A stretch of 64,000 bases of DNA. Origin: Clostridia bacterium. GTDB lineage: Bacteria > Bacillota > Clostridia > Oscillospirales > CAG-272. The stretch spans positions 3,485 to 67,484 of the forward strand of contig JAFYMF010000057.1 in NCBI GenBank assembly GCA_017556745.1, given 5' to 3'. Below, one piece after another: positions 30,370 to 39,618 of the stretch (positions within the stretch are counted from its first letter, which is position 1; every line of letters begins with the position of its first letter). A program made the translations under genes and the position numbers. The notes under the pieces were generated by a model. The model was not told the origin of the DNA and searched no databases. It saw nothing but the letters and a program-made list of their open reading frames with translations.

Positions 30370-30424
30370 TACAAGTAAGTGGACAGATTTTTTAATCGTC
30401 TGAAGTCTGTTAATATAAACCATT

Positions 30425-30503
30425 AAAAAACAGAGCATATTTGGAAGAAAACCGTAAAATGGAAATAATTAAATTCCATATACGGAGAACCAAATATGCT
30501 CTG
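30425..30503 (-). terminator. long hairpin; probable terminator of the 30560..32014 gene, possibly bidirectional
   Basis: Perfect 14-bp arms CAGAGCATATTTGG (30431-30444) and CCAAATATGCTCTG (30490-30503) enclose an inner imperfect hairpin (CCGTA..ATGGAA / TTCCAT..TACGG). On the minus strand it is followed by TTTTTT (plus-strand A-run at 30425-30430). Confidence 0.6.
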
Positions 30504-30559
30504 TAAATATTTAAAGAAAAGTCGTATTAAGTCAAAAAAACTAAACTATCGCCTTATAA

Positions 30560-32014
30560 TCATCCGTAAAAATTACGGTGCATCTTATCGATCTTTTTAA
30601 TTATTGATTTAATATAGTCGTTTACCTCATCGCCACCCTCATCCATATCTGTCATAATAACAAGAATATAGGGTTTGTCGTTATAAACAATACCGGCATC
30701 ATGATATGCATCAACATCCCAGCCGTACTTATGCGCAACCTTGGTAGGACTTAAACTATAGTGAAGAAGTGTTTTAAACTTGGTGCTCATCATATATTCC
30801 TTAAGTATTGCACCAAACCTATCACCGCTCTCTGTAAATTCATAGATACGACGGAGGAATTTTCCGGCATCCTGAGCAGAAAGATTGTTAAAACTGCTTC
30901 TCATGCTGGTAACCCCCAACTCAGATGCAAAAGAATAGAATGAATCATATCCAAATACACGGCGAAGCTCATAAAAAGCTGTATTATCACTATCGATTAT
31001 TGCATGCTTTACAAGTTCAAGATAGGTAAATTCTGTTCCTTCATCCATGTTTGCAAGTACACCGGAACCCTCTTTTTTAGCACTATCTGTAAGGACCCAT
31101 TTTTGATTTTCGATGTCATATTTTTCATCTTCAAAAACAAGCTCATCTTCGGGATTTTCTCTTGCTGCTTCCGCTACTTTATATGCCGCAGAAACATCCT
31201 CAAGGAGAGAAACTATATATACCGCCTTGACAACACTTGCACTAAACATAACATCATCTGCATTATAGCTATATCTGAATCCTGTAGAAATATCCTCATA
31301 ATAGACCGATATCTTAGGATACTCGTAGAGATCTTTTTCGGTTATTTCGTTACCGTTCTCATCTATATCTCCAACTTTTATCTCCGAGGTATCAATTCCT
31401 TCTTTGAGATTATGTAATGGCGCCCCTTCTTCAATAAGTGCTGTCAGTTCATTTACAAGTTCAACCTGATCACGAACATCGACAGCATATATATCCTTAT
31501 ATCGATCTATACTCTCGTTAAGAGCAGCAATTTCAATTATCTTTTCTTCAATTCGAGCATTAAGAATATTAATACGCTCATCCGTATCAAGACTGAGCTC
31601 TTCTACCTGGGCAATAAGCTCATCACGTCTAAGCACCAAGGATTCAAGCTCGGCAATTGCTTTTGTTTTATATTCTTCAAGTTCCTCAATTTTATTTTGG
31701 TAGCTCTCATTCTCTTGGGTAAGTTGAGTGAGTTTATCGTTATTTTTTAGAAATAACACAGATACTATAATTACTGCAATAACAAGAAGAAATATCAAGA
31801 CAGTTAAAATCCAAATAGCTACTGTTTTTTTATTGCTTCCGCCGCCGTTCCCAATAGCAACACGAGTATCTCCTACAGTAGGAGAAGACGGTACAATCAC
31901 ATTGCTCCGATTACTGCCTGTACCTGAGGCCGGTCTTGGTACCCGGGTAGCTCTTGTAGGAGTGCGCTTTACAGCGCCTTGATTCATCTTTTCTTTTTCA
32001 GGAAATTTGTCCAT
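30560..32014 (-). CDS. membrane-anchored coiled-coil protein with class-A beta-lactamase-fold serine hydrolase domain
   Basis: 484 aa with a basic, disordered N-terminus, one TM (VAIWILTVLIFLLVIAVIIVSVLFL) and about 130 aa of heptad-rich coiled coil. The C-terminal domain carries SxxK (SASVVK), SDN (IIDSDNT) and KxG-like (HKYG) motifs. Confidence 0.7.
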   Translation of the reverse strand: MDKFPEKEKMNQGAVKRTPTRATRVPRPASGTGSNRSNVIVPSSPTVGDTRVAIGNGGGSNKKTVAIWILTVLIFLLVIAVIIVSVLFLKNNDKLTQLTQENESYQNKIEELEEYKTKAIAELESLVLRRDELIAQVEELSLDTDERINILNARIEEKIIEIAALNESIDRYKDIYAVDVRDQVELVNELTALIEEGAPLHNLKEGIDTSEIKVGDIDENGNEITEKDLYEYPKISVYYEDISTGFRYSYNADDVMFSASVVKAVYIVSLLEDVSAAYKVAEAARENPEDELVFEDEKYDIENQKWVLTDSAKKEGSGVLANMDEGTEFTYLELVKHAIIDSDNTAFYELRRVFGYDSFYSFASELGVTSMRSSFNNLSAQDAGKFLRRIYEFTESGDRFGAILKEYMMSTKFKTLLHYSLSPTKVAHKYGWDVDAYHDAGIVYNDKPYILVIMTDMDEGGDEVNDYIKSIIKKIDKMHRNFYG

Positions 32015-32064
32015 TTTATCAATCCACTCTGTATCGTTACAACCGATACTGATAATTTACATAC

Positions 32065-32355
32065 TTATTTTATAAGGTCGTTATAGAATATAATCTCCTC
32101 AGGCAAACGAAGGTTAAGCTTTTCCTTTGCTACTCTAATTATATATTCTTCATCAATTGGAGTACTCAGATCATTCTGAAGCCTCTCAATATTTATATTT
32201 TTGTCAAGCTTCTGTCTTTCGAGATCAGCTTTTTTTTCTTCAAGTTCATTATATTCAAGCTGGATAGTTACAACGGTAACAAGGCAAAAAACAATAAACA
32301 CCGCTGCCGCTAACCGAACAAAAAAATTAACTCTCTTTTTGTTATTCAAATTCAT
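32065..32355 (-). CDS. divIC: septum formation initiator family protein (DivIC/FtsB)
   Basis: 96 aa with an N-terminal TM followed by a coiled coil (LEYNELEEKKADLERQKLDK). Its position after yabP-yabQ matches B. subtilis. Confidence 0.75.
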   Translation of the reverse strand: MNLNNKKRVNFFVRLAAAVFIVFCLVTVVTIQLEYNELEEKKADLERQKLDKNINIERLQNDLSTPIDEEYIIRVAKEKLNLRLPEEIIFYNDLIK

Positions 32356-32887
32356 TATGAGTTTTTTTCCTTTTATCTTTCACTATCTTACTTATCCTTC
32401 CCGCAAGAAAAATGAACGGGAACAGGATTACACAAAATACACGTTTTGATACCGATACGATAAAAAACACAAGTATATCAGACAGGTATATGACAAATCT
32501 ACCAATTGAATTATAATATGCCACAAAGCCTAAAACATAGCCTATCAAAACATAAAAACGTATAATACCGCTACAATATCGATAAACAAAGATAGAAGCT
32601 AAAATTCCGCATATTACAAAGAACAAAATATCGCCGATAACAACAGTAACAGTCCTAATTATACCAAGAGATTCCCGACTTATCCCGGACAACACCAACG
32701 AACACGGACTATCTTTACATACTATTTTACGTCCGTATTTCCCTCTGTATCGCACTCCTACGATAACTCGGGATATACGAAAAACATCGTATATCGTTCC
32801 GAAAATGACTCCCATAAGGATGGATCTGAAAAAGACAGCTATCTGCTCAGAAAGCAGAGGCATATACATAGATGGACCCGAGATCAC
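32342..32887 (-). CDS. yabQ: spore cortex biosynthesis protein YabQ
   Basis: 181 aa multi-TM protein. Overlaps the yabP stop and the divIC start, consistent with the yabP-yabQ-divIC order. Confidence 0.6.
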   Translation of the reverse strand: MISGPSMYMPLLSEQIAVFFRSILMGVIFGTIYDVFRISRVIVGVRYRGKYGRKIVCKDSPCSLVLSGISRESLGIIRTVTVVIGDILFFVICGILASIFVYRYCSGIIRFYVLIGYVLGFVAYYNSIGRFVIYLSDILVFFIVSVSKRVFCVILFPFIFLAGRISKIVKDKRKKTHNEFE

Positions 32888-33165
32888 CTCTTACCTCCAC
32901 CGAAAAAACTACCTTTTCCTTTTTTATCAGTATTAAAGTAATATACTGAATCTATCTTTCCGTCCGCACAAAGCTCACCGTTCTCAAGCGATAATTTACC
33001 GATTTTAAGTCCTGATCCTTCAATCGCCATACCGCCTGCATTGGTCTTAAGAAAAATTGATGTATCATCAAAAGAGATCACTTCGGTAACACCGCTGACA
33101 TAAATGTAGTGTCTGTCCTTGACCTGAAAACCGTGTGGGAGGTTTAACTCCTTCTCAACGTTCAT
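32884..33165 (-). CDS. yabP: sporulation protein YabP
   Basis: 93 aa with a YabP-family pattern (HYIYVSGVTEVISFDDTSIFLKT..GGMAIEGSGLKIGKLSLENGEL). Confidence 0.75.
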   Translation of the reverse strand: MNVEKELNLPHGFQVKDRHYIYVSGVTEVISFDDTSIFLKTNAGGMAIEGSGLKIGKLSLENGELCADGKIDSVYYFNTDKKGKGSFFGGGKR

Positions 33166-33225
33166 CTGTACTCACCTCGGAAATACTTATCTTGTGTAAT
33201 ACAAATATATTCCCGAGAACAGATA

Positions 33226-33471
33226 TTATTCCGTAATTATTTGGTACAAACTATCCGCTTCTTCTTTTCTTACCTGTTCCTTTACCTCAAGAACACGGAA
33301 CCGAAGCACCTTATCACCAAACTTAATCTCTACAAGATCATCCTTCTTAACATCGTAAGAAGCCTTAGCGCGTCTACCGTTAACAGTAACATGATCGGCA
33401 TCACATGCCTCATTTGCTACTGTACGTCGCTTAATTATTCTTGATACTTTAAGGAACTTATCAAGCCTCAT
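33226..33471 (-). CDS. yabO: RNA-binding S4 domain protein (YabO/Hsp15-like)
   Basis: 81 aa with S4 motif MRLDKFLKVSRIIKRRTVANEA...V.VNG. Sits between mazG/hup and yabP. Confidence 0.8.
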   Translation of the reverse strand: MRLDKFLKVSRIIKRRTVANEACDADHVTVNGRRAKASYDVKKDDLVEIKFGDKVLRFRVLEVKEQVRKEEADSLYQIITE

Positions 33472-33518
33472 CTATAATCTCCGTTCTGTACACCTCTATC
33501 GAGATGCTTTTAAAATGT

Positions 33519-33555
33519 AAAAACCGGCAGCATGAGTATACAATCATACTGCCGG
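33519..33555 (-). terminator. rho-independent terminator of hup
   Basis: On the minus strand, CCGGCAG-(mismatch)-TATGA(T)... pairs with ...TCAT-CTGCCGG. Plus-strand arms are 33524-33535 and 33544-33555. The stem is 11 bp with one mismatch and an 8-nt loop, followed by UUUUU (plus-strand A-run at 33519-33523). Confidence 0.8.
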
Positions 33556-33580
33556 CATCTCAACTGTTATTTATTGATAA

Positions 33581-33865
33581 TTACTTATTGATTTCGTCCT
33601 TGAGAGTCTTACCAACAGTGAAAACGATGTGCTTGGATGCAGGAATGGTCATAGCCTCACCGGTAGCAGGATTTCTACCCTGGCGAGCAACTCTTTCTTT
33701 AACATCAAATGTACCAAAGCCTACAAGCTGAACTTTGTCACCCTTCTTAAGAGAATCGGAAATAGCAGTTACAAAAGCATTAACCGCTGCTTCAGCATCC
33801 TTCTTTTTAAGATTCGCTGACTTAGCAACCGCATCAACTAACTGAGTCTTGTTCATGGTGATCAC
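33581..33865 (-). CDS. hup: HU family DNA-binding protein
   Basis: 94 aa with MNKTQLVDAVA... and the HU arm GFGTFDVKERVARQGRNPATGE. Confidence 0.95.
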   Translation of the reverse strand: MITMNKTQLVDAVAKSANLKKKDAEAAVNAFVTAISDSLKKGDKVQLVGFGTFDVKERVARQGRNPATGEAMTIPASKHIVFTVGKTLKDEINK

Positions 33866-33921
33866 CTTTCATATTCTTATAATTTTACGATCAATTGCGG
33901 AAATGGCTCCGATGTTTGATC

Positions 33922-33941
33922 ATACTAACTATAGTTAGTAT
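33922..33941. repeat. perfect 20-bp palindrome ATACTAACTA|TAGTTAGTAT overlapping the hup -10 element
   Basis: Read directly: 33922-33931 is the exact reverse complement of 33932-33941, with no spacer. Confidence 0.9.
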
Positions 33942-33965
33942 AGCACTTTTAGTGAGACATATCAA
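33937..33965 (-). promoter_or_regulatory. sigma-A type promoter of hup (TTGATA-17-TGcTATACT)
   Basis: On the minus strand, -35 TTGATA is at 33965-33960 and the spacer is 17 nt. The extended -10 TGC-TATACT has its -10 at 33942-33937. It sits about 70 nt upstream of the hup ATG, which has an AAAGGTG SD. Confidence 0.7.
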
Positions 33966-33994
33966 GTGCTTTTAACTTTTTTTATGCATATTTG

Positions 33995-34819
33995 TCAACT
34001 ATTTTTGTGTTTTTTTATAATTTCCCACACTTCATCAAGCTCTTTCATTGACATATCCGCCACATTCTTTCCGGATTCTGTAACAACCTTTTCCATTGCC
34101 GCAAAGCGGTCAATAAATTTATTCACTGCTGATCCAAGAGCCTTTTCACTATCAACGCCTAACTTTCTCGCACAGTTAACTACAGAAAACAATAGATCAC
34201 CAAATTCTTCTTCAATATTTTGTGTGTCATTGTTTTTTATTGCGGATTTAAGTTCGACGGTTTCTTCTTCAATTTTAAGCAAAGCTTCTGCTCCATCATC
34301 AAAATCAAAACCAACCTTTGCTGCCTTGGAACCGGCCTTGTCTGCACGCATAAGGGATGGAAGAGACGGAGGAATTGACAGAAGGGACTGAGTGGTAGTT
34401 TTTCTTGCTTTTTCCTTATTTTTTATCTGCTCCCAATTTTTGAGCACCTGTTCACTTGTATCTGCTTCAACGTCAGCAAATATATGTGGATGTCGAACAA
34501 TAAGCTTTTTACATATATCGTTTGAAACATCATCTATTGAAAATCTGCCTGCCTCCTCTTCCATGCGAGCATGAAATACCACTTGAAGCATTACATCTCC
34601 AAGCTCTTCACGAAGAAGCTCGGTATCATCATTATCAATAGCTTCTATAACTTCATAAGTTTCCTCGATGAAGTTACCTCTGATACTCTTATGATCCTGT
34701 TCTCTGTCCCAAGGACATCCGTCTTCCCCTCTGAGTATTTCCATTACTGTACACAGATCGGAAAAATCGTATTTTTCTTTGTTTAACAATTCTTTTGCTT
34801 TCTGATTCATTTTATACAT
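33995..34819 (-). CDS. mazG: nucleoside triphosphate pyrophosphohydrolase MazG
   Basis: 274 aa with tandem MazG domains carrying EExxE-type motifs (IEETYEVIEAI, EEFGDLLF). Confidence 0.9.
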   Translation of the reverse strand: MYKMNQKAKELLNKEKYDFSDLCTVMEILRGEDGCPWDREQDHKSIRGNFIEETYEVIEAIDNDDTELLREELGDVMLQVVFHARMEEEAGRFSIDDVSNDICKKLIVRHPHIFADVEADTSEQVLKNWEQIKNKEKARKTTTQSLLSIPPSLPSLMRADKAGSKAAKVGFDFDDGAEALLKIEEETVELKSAIKNNDTQNIEEEFGDLLFSVVNCARKLGVDSEKALGSAVNKFIDRFAAMEKVVTESGKNVADMSMKELDEVWEIIKKHKNS

Positions 34820-34849
34820 TCCTTTTATCTGTTAGTAAACAAATATATT

Positions 34850-36487
34850 TTAATGATTTTTAAAGCGATTTTTTAATTTATTCATATATGGTATCATATC
34901 CAGTTCCCTCTCCGAGACCCCGCCTACCGCGAAAAGCAGAAATAAATATACTATCGCGGCAACAAATATCGAGATTAAAGTAGATATACCCTGTCCAACC
35001 GAAGGAGATAACCATCTGTGTGTGAACAATGCCGAAAAAGCACAAACTATCGAACAGATAGCAGGTTTGATAAATATGCCATTGAGCTGAAGATCTATTC
35101 CCGTATCCTTCAAAATAAAATAGAAATTCACCATTGATGCTACAAGATAACATGCAAATGTACTGATGGGTGTTCCATATATTCCAACGGACGAACTACC
35201 TGTAAGAATATACCCAATAACCAGCTTTACTGCGGCGCCAACAACCATAGACAGTATTGGTATCTTAACTCGTCCCATAGCCTGAAGCGCAGAATTACTC
35301 ACAGCGAGAATACACATAAAAAATACCGCCGGTGCAAGTAATATAAGCATAGGAGCACCGAAACATGCCGACTGTGATGAATAAAGCAAATCGAGTACCG
35401 GATATGCCATAAAGGCAAGACCGAACGTACAGGGCAATGCTATTATCGACGTAAGCTTCATCGACATAAGTACAGAACCTCTGACTGATAGAATATCTCT
35501 CTTTGCCATTGCCGCAGAAATAATCGGAGCAACGGAATATGCTATCGGATAGACAAGTATAGGCGGCAAGTTAAACATAGGCACAACAAGGGTTGTATAA
35601 TTACCATACACAGCCATTGCCGCACCTTCTGTATACCCGATGTTTTCAAGTCTATTAACGACCACCATAAGATCAAGTACATTAGTCAGACTCATTACAG
35701 AAGAGCTGATAGTAACAGGAACCGCAATACTGACAAGTCTATGTATTACCGGAGTGGTACCTCTTCCGGGATTTTCCGATTCGAACTGTTTTTCTCGTAC
35801 GTAAATGATTTTTGAAATAACAAGGCTCAACATTCCCGCCGCCGCACCGATTGTAATACCGAGGGTTGCATAAGCCGCAACAAAATGCACTCCGTATCCT
35901 TGACCCATAGCCCACAGTGCAAGAAGCATACCTATTGCCATCTTGCCAAGTGCCTCAAGCACCTGGGATATTGCGGTAGGAACCATATTTCTATGTCCCT
36001 GAAAATACCCTCTGTATGCCCCTGATATACAGATAAAAAGCAACGTCGGGGCCACAGCAATAATAGAATATGATGAATACCCGGCACCAATAAATCGAGC
36101 AAAAGGTCCTGCACATACAATCATTACAGATGCAAACAATGCACCTATAAATATAAGCGTAACAAGGGAGACTCTGAATATTCTCGATATCTGTCTACCG
36201 TTTCTTTCTACGTAATTTTCAGAAACAATCATAGATATAGCCACAGGTATTCCCGCTGTAGACAACATGTAAAACCAGGTATATACCGTATAGGCCGAGT
36301 TAAAATATCCCATACCCTCATCACCAATACAGTGCTGAAGCGGGATTTTAAACATAAGTCCAATAGCTTTTACAACAATGTTAGCAGCAGTAAGCACCGC
36401 CACACCTGAGAAAAAATTATTTATACTTTTTTTGTTTTCAAATTCCGGATGCTTTTGACGACCTAAAACAGCCATCCGTTTCGACAA
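34850..36487 (-). CDS. MOP-superfamily polysaccharide/lipid II flippase (YabM/SpoVB/MurJ-like)
   Basis: 545 aa with about 14 TM segments. Its position upstream of mazG matches B. subtilis yabM. Whether it is the SpoVB or the MurJ orthologue cannot be decided. Confidence 0.8.
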   Translation of the reverse strand: MSKRMAVLGRQKHPEFENKKSINNFFSGVAVLTAANIVVKAIGLMFKIPLQHCIGDEGMGYFNSAYTVYTWFYMLSTAGIPVAISMIVSENYVERNGRQISRIFRVSLVTLIFIGALFASVMIVCAGPFARFIGAGYSSYSIIAVAPTLLFICISGAYRGYFQGHRNMVPTAISQVLEALGKMAIGMLLALWAMGQGYGVHFVAAYATLGITIGAAAGMLSLVISKIIYVREKQFESENPGRGTTPVIHRLVSIAVPVTISSSVMSLTNVLDLMVVVNRLENIGYTEGAAMAVYGNYTTLVVPMFNLPPILVYPIAYSVAPIISAAMAKRDILSVRGSVLMSMKLTSIIALPCTFGLAFMAYPVLDLLYSSQSACFGAPMLILLAPAVFFMCILAVSNSALQAMGRVKIPILSMVVGAAVKLVIGYILTGSSSVGIYGTPISTFACYLVASMVNFYFILKDTGIDLQLNGIFIKPAICSIVCAFSALFTHRWLSPSVGQGISTLISIFVAAIVYLFLLFAVGGVSERELDMIPYMNKLKNRFKNH

Positions 36488-36503
36488 AAAAATTCACCTC
36501 GTA

Positions 36504-37796
36504 TCAATCGAAGTAATGTTCCTGAACTTTCCTGAAGGTATGTTTTACCTTTTCTATATCAATTGTTTTGTATTCGCCGTTTTCATAAAGAACATTACCA
36601 TCAACCATAGTCATGAAAACATCACTTGATTTTACCGAATATGCAAGAGATGCATTAAGATCGTATGAAGGAATCGTAGACACCGAATCCATATTTATAA
36701 GAACAATATCTGCCTTCTTTCCTACCGCTATCTCACCGCAGTCGTATCTACCCTGAGATTTAGCACCGTTAATTGTAAGAAGAGGATACATCTCAGCGGC
36801 ACGTGTCTCGTCTGCACGTCTGGATACACCCTTGTGAAGAATAGCAGCAAGGCGCATCTCAGACACTATATCAAGCATATTGTTTGAGGAAGCACCATCT
36901 GTTCCGAGAGCAACATTTACACCGTTATCAAGCATACGGCGAAGAGGCATTACACCGCTGCCAAGCTTAAGATTACTTGTAGGGTTATGTACAGCGGTAA
37001 CCCCCTTATCTGCCATTATTTTCATGTCGTCATCGGTAACCCAAACACAGTGTGCAGCACTTACCGGTACATCAAACACTCCGCATTTGAGGAAAAATCC
37101 GGCAGGAGTAACACCGTGTCTCTCAATACAAGCAAGATGCTCACTCTCTGTCTCTGACATGTGGAGCTGAATAATAAGACCCATTTCACGGGAAAGCTCA
37201 CCAAGATATCTCGCAGAATTTTCGGTATTGGTATATTCTGCGTGAAGAGACATATCAATCTTGATTCTTCCGTTTTCTGCGTTGTGATATTCATTCGCAA
37301 GAGCTTTTGCCTCTTTAACTCTGATATTCTCAGCCATATTTTCTGTAGGATCAAAACTGAGAACCGCACGTGCAAGGTTTGCCTTTATACCACTCTCAAT
37401 AACAGCTTTAGCAGTATCCTCACACTTTTCGTACATATCTGTAAAAGAAACGGTACCTGCCGCAATCATCTCAGCTATAGCAAGAGCCGAACCTATGTAT
37501 ACACTCTCGTGAGTAAGGCGTTCCTCAGCAGGAAATATTTTCTCATGGAGCCACCTATCAAGAGGGAGATCCTCTCCGTATCCACGGAAAAGAGTCATTG
37601 CACTATGACAGTGTGCATTATAAAATCCCGCAGTAAGAAGTTTACCTTTACAGTCTATTATTCTGTCAAACTTGTCTTCGGGAGCCTTATCACCAATATA
37701 TGTTATAACATCCCCATCAACAGCAAGGTGACGTCCCTCGCCGGTGACGGTAGGATCAAGAGCCATAATTGTTGAGTTTTTGAAAAGAATTTTCAT
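36504..37796 (-). CDS. mtaD: amidohydrolase, 5-methylthioadenosine/S-adenosylhomocysteine deaminase-like
   Basis: 430 aa with metal motif NAHCHSAM and the later HxxE/D motifs of the amidohydrolase fold. Length and N-terminus are typical of MtaD. Confidence 0.75.
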   Translation of the reverse strand: MKILFKNSTIMALDPTVTGEGRHLAVDGDVITYIGDKAPEDKFDRIIDCKGKLLTAGFYNAHCHSAMTLFRGYGEDLPLDRWLHEKIFPAEERLTHESVYIGSALAIAEMIAAGTVSFTDMYEKCEDTAKAVIESGIKANLARAVLSFDPTENMAENIRVKEAKALANEYHNAENGRIKIDMSLHAEYTNTENSARYLGELSREMGLIIQLHMSETESEHLACIERHGVTPAGFFLKCGVFDVPVSAAHCVWVTDDDMKIMADKGVTAVHNPTSNLKLGSGVMPLRRMLDNGVNVALGTDGASSNNMLDIVSEMRLAAILHKGVSRRADETRAAEMYPLLTINGAKSQGRYDCGEIAVGKKADIVLINMDSVSTIPSYDLNASLAYSVKSSDVFMTMVDGNVLYENGEYKTIDIEKVKHTFRKVQEHYFD

Positions 37797-37814
37797 GATA
37801 ACAACCCTTTGAAC

Positions 37815-38642
37815 TTATATTCTTTTTATTGCTTCAGTAACAAGAGTCTCAAAACCTGCCGCAATAGATGCTGCGGTCTCAAGAACCTCTTCTTCAGTAA
37901 GAGGATTACCTGTTATACCTGCAGCCTTGTTAGAAACGCAAGAAATACAAAGCACCTTGATTTGGCAATGTGCGGCAACTATAACCTCTGAAACCGTAGA
38001 CATTCCCACAACGTCAGCACCAAGAGTCTTAAGTGCTTTTATCTCCGCAGGAGTCTCATACTGCGGCCCCGCCATATATGCATATACACCGCGTGTAACA
38101 GAAATATTGTGTTCTCTTGCTATATTCTCAGCAGTAACGATCATATCCTTATCGTACACGTTCTGCATATCAGGGAAACGGACACCGAACTCGTCGATAT
38201 TCGCACCGCGAAGAGGTGAATCAGCCATAAATTTGATATGGTCGGTAATGAGCACAAGATCACCGGGATTAACATTGTCACCAATACCTCCTGCAGCGTT
38301 GGTGATTATCATTTTTTCAACACCAAGGAGTTTCATTACGGCAATAGGATAAGCGGTCTGCCACATCTCCCATCCTTCGTAATAATGGAATCTTCCGTTC
38401 ATTGCAAGAACGTTCTTGTCTGCAAGTGTACCGAAGACAAGTTCACCCTTTTGATATGAAACCGTAGACACAGGGAAATTGGGAATATCACGATATGGTA
38501 TAACAACCTTATCCGTCATTTTCTCTACGACCTTATCAAGCCCCGAGCCTAAAATTATAGCAATATCGGGAGTTTTACATATTTTATTTTTAATATATTC
38601 CGCACTCAAGGAATAATCTTTATATCCGCACTTTTCAAACAT
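37815..38642 (-). CDS. punA: purine-nucleoside phosphorylase (trimeric PNP/PunA type)
   Basis: 275 aa with motifs ILGSGL, GRFHYYEG, ITNAAGG and VGMSTVSEV. Confidence 0.9.
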   Translation of the reverse strand: MFEKCGYKDYSLSAEYIKNKICKTPDIAIILGSGLDKVVEKMTDKVVIPYRDIPNFPVSTVSYQKGELVFGTLADKNVLAMNGRFHYYEGWEMWQTAYPIAVMKLLGVEKMIITNAAGGIGDNVNPGDLVLITDHIKFMADSPLRGANIDEFGVRFPDMQNVYDKDMIVTAENIAREHNISVTRGVYAYMAGPQYETPAEIKALKTLGADVVGMSTVSEVIVAAHCQIKVLCISCVSNKAAGITGNPLTEEEVLETAASIAAGFETLVTEAIKRI

Positions 38643-38680
38643 TTAACTTTCCTCTTTTTAACTTTATTTATATTAAATGG

Positions 38681-39592
38681 CTATCCTAAGAATTCGTGGT
38701 ATAACGAGTTTTCCGGCAGCATTTCAAACGGTATCGGAGTAATATTGTTAAAGCACTCTGCAACAGACATCGCATGACTATAATACTTTCCGTTTTTGTC
38801 AACACGACTCAGTACTCGAAGAAGCTCGTTTTTTATTATTCCCGGCTCATATGCCATCACAGAATTAAGAAGAATATCACTGTTATGACAATACGGTGTC
38901 ATGTTCTTATCCTCATTGTCGCATACGCTGGGCCACATATCATAGGTAAAATCAGGGTCAGCACCTCTGAATTTAAAATCTCTTACTATTCTTCTGATAA
39001 AACGTATATCTCTGCCGGAAAATATTTGTCCGCCTATATTCATTTCATCATTTACAGATATATAAATACTTTTGTACTTGTGCTCGGAAAACAGTCTGGC
39101 TATCTCAGGGTATACAGCTTGTATTCCCTCGAAAATAACAATATCTCCTGGCGAAAGATCTATAGGTCTTTTACCGTTGGGTCTTCCCTCTTCAAAATCA
39201 TATATGGGAATCTCTACATCACGATGAAGAAAGATATGCTCAAGAGTATCGTGAAGGGATTCAAGATCTATTGCGTTGACCGTATCAAAATCAAGACGCT
39301 CATTTCCAAAGCTGTCAACAATAGTATTAAGACGAGAATGCTCCTTAAAAAAATCATCAAATGAAACCATATGGACATTTTTTCCAAGAGCACTGAGCTC
39401 TGATATCAGTTTTTTTGCGGTAGTCGTTTTCCCGGCACATGTGGGCCCGGAAAGAGTTACATAACTTATTTCTTCATCCTCTGCGACAGTCTTCCATGCC
39501 GTGTCAAGCTGATCCTCAAAGTGGGCCTCGCATTCGATGACATATTTACGCATATCCTCAATATCTGAAAAACAGTTTTTATATTCCGTCAA
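38681..39592 (-). CDS. uridine kinase/PRK-family nucleoside kinase-like P-loop protein
   Basis: 303 aa with Walker A SGPTCAGKTT and a VIFEGI motif. Longer than canonical Udk. Substrate unknown. Confidence 0.6.
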   Translation of the reverse strand: MTEYKNCFSDIEDMRKYVIECEAHFEDQLDTAWKTVAEDEEISYVTLSGPTCAGKTTTAKKLISELSALGKNVHMVSFDDFFKEHSRLNTIVDSFGNERLDFDTVNAIDLESLHDTLEHIFLHRDVEIPIYDFEEGRPNGKRPIDLSPGDIVIFEGIQAVYPEIARLFSEHKYKSIYISVNDEMNIGGQIFSGRDIRFIRRIVRDFKFRGADPDFTYDMWPSVCDNEDKNMTPYCHNSDILLNSVMAYEPGIIKNELLRVLSRVDKNGKYYSHAMSVAECFNNITPIPFEMLPENSLYHEFLG

Positions 39593-39618
39593 TAGACAGC
39601 AACTCCTTTCTGATGGAA

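Noticed and set aside
30459-30506. 15-aa ORF (MEIIKFHIRRTKYAL) inside the long hairpin
   Set aside because: It is fully embedded in a stable stem-loop and has only a weak, distant GGAAG. It is more parsimonious to treat the region as structure only.
33176-33217. 10-bp stem (one G-U pair, 22-nt loop) whose 3' arm overlaps the first bases of the yabP SD, considered as a translational control element
   Set aside because: The stem is AT-rich with a large loop and covers only GAG of the SD. No supporting conservation can be assessed here. A sigma-E-like promoter match in the loop was also too weak to call.
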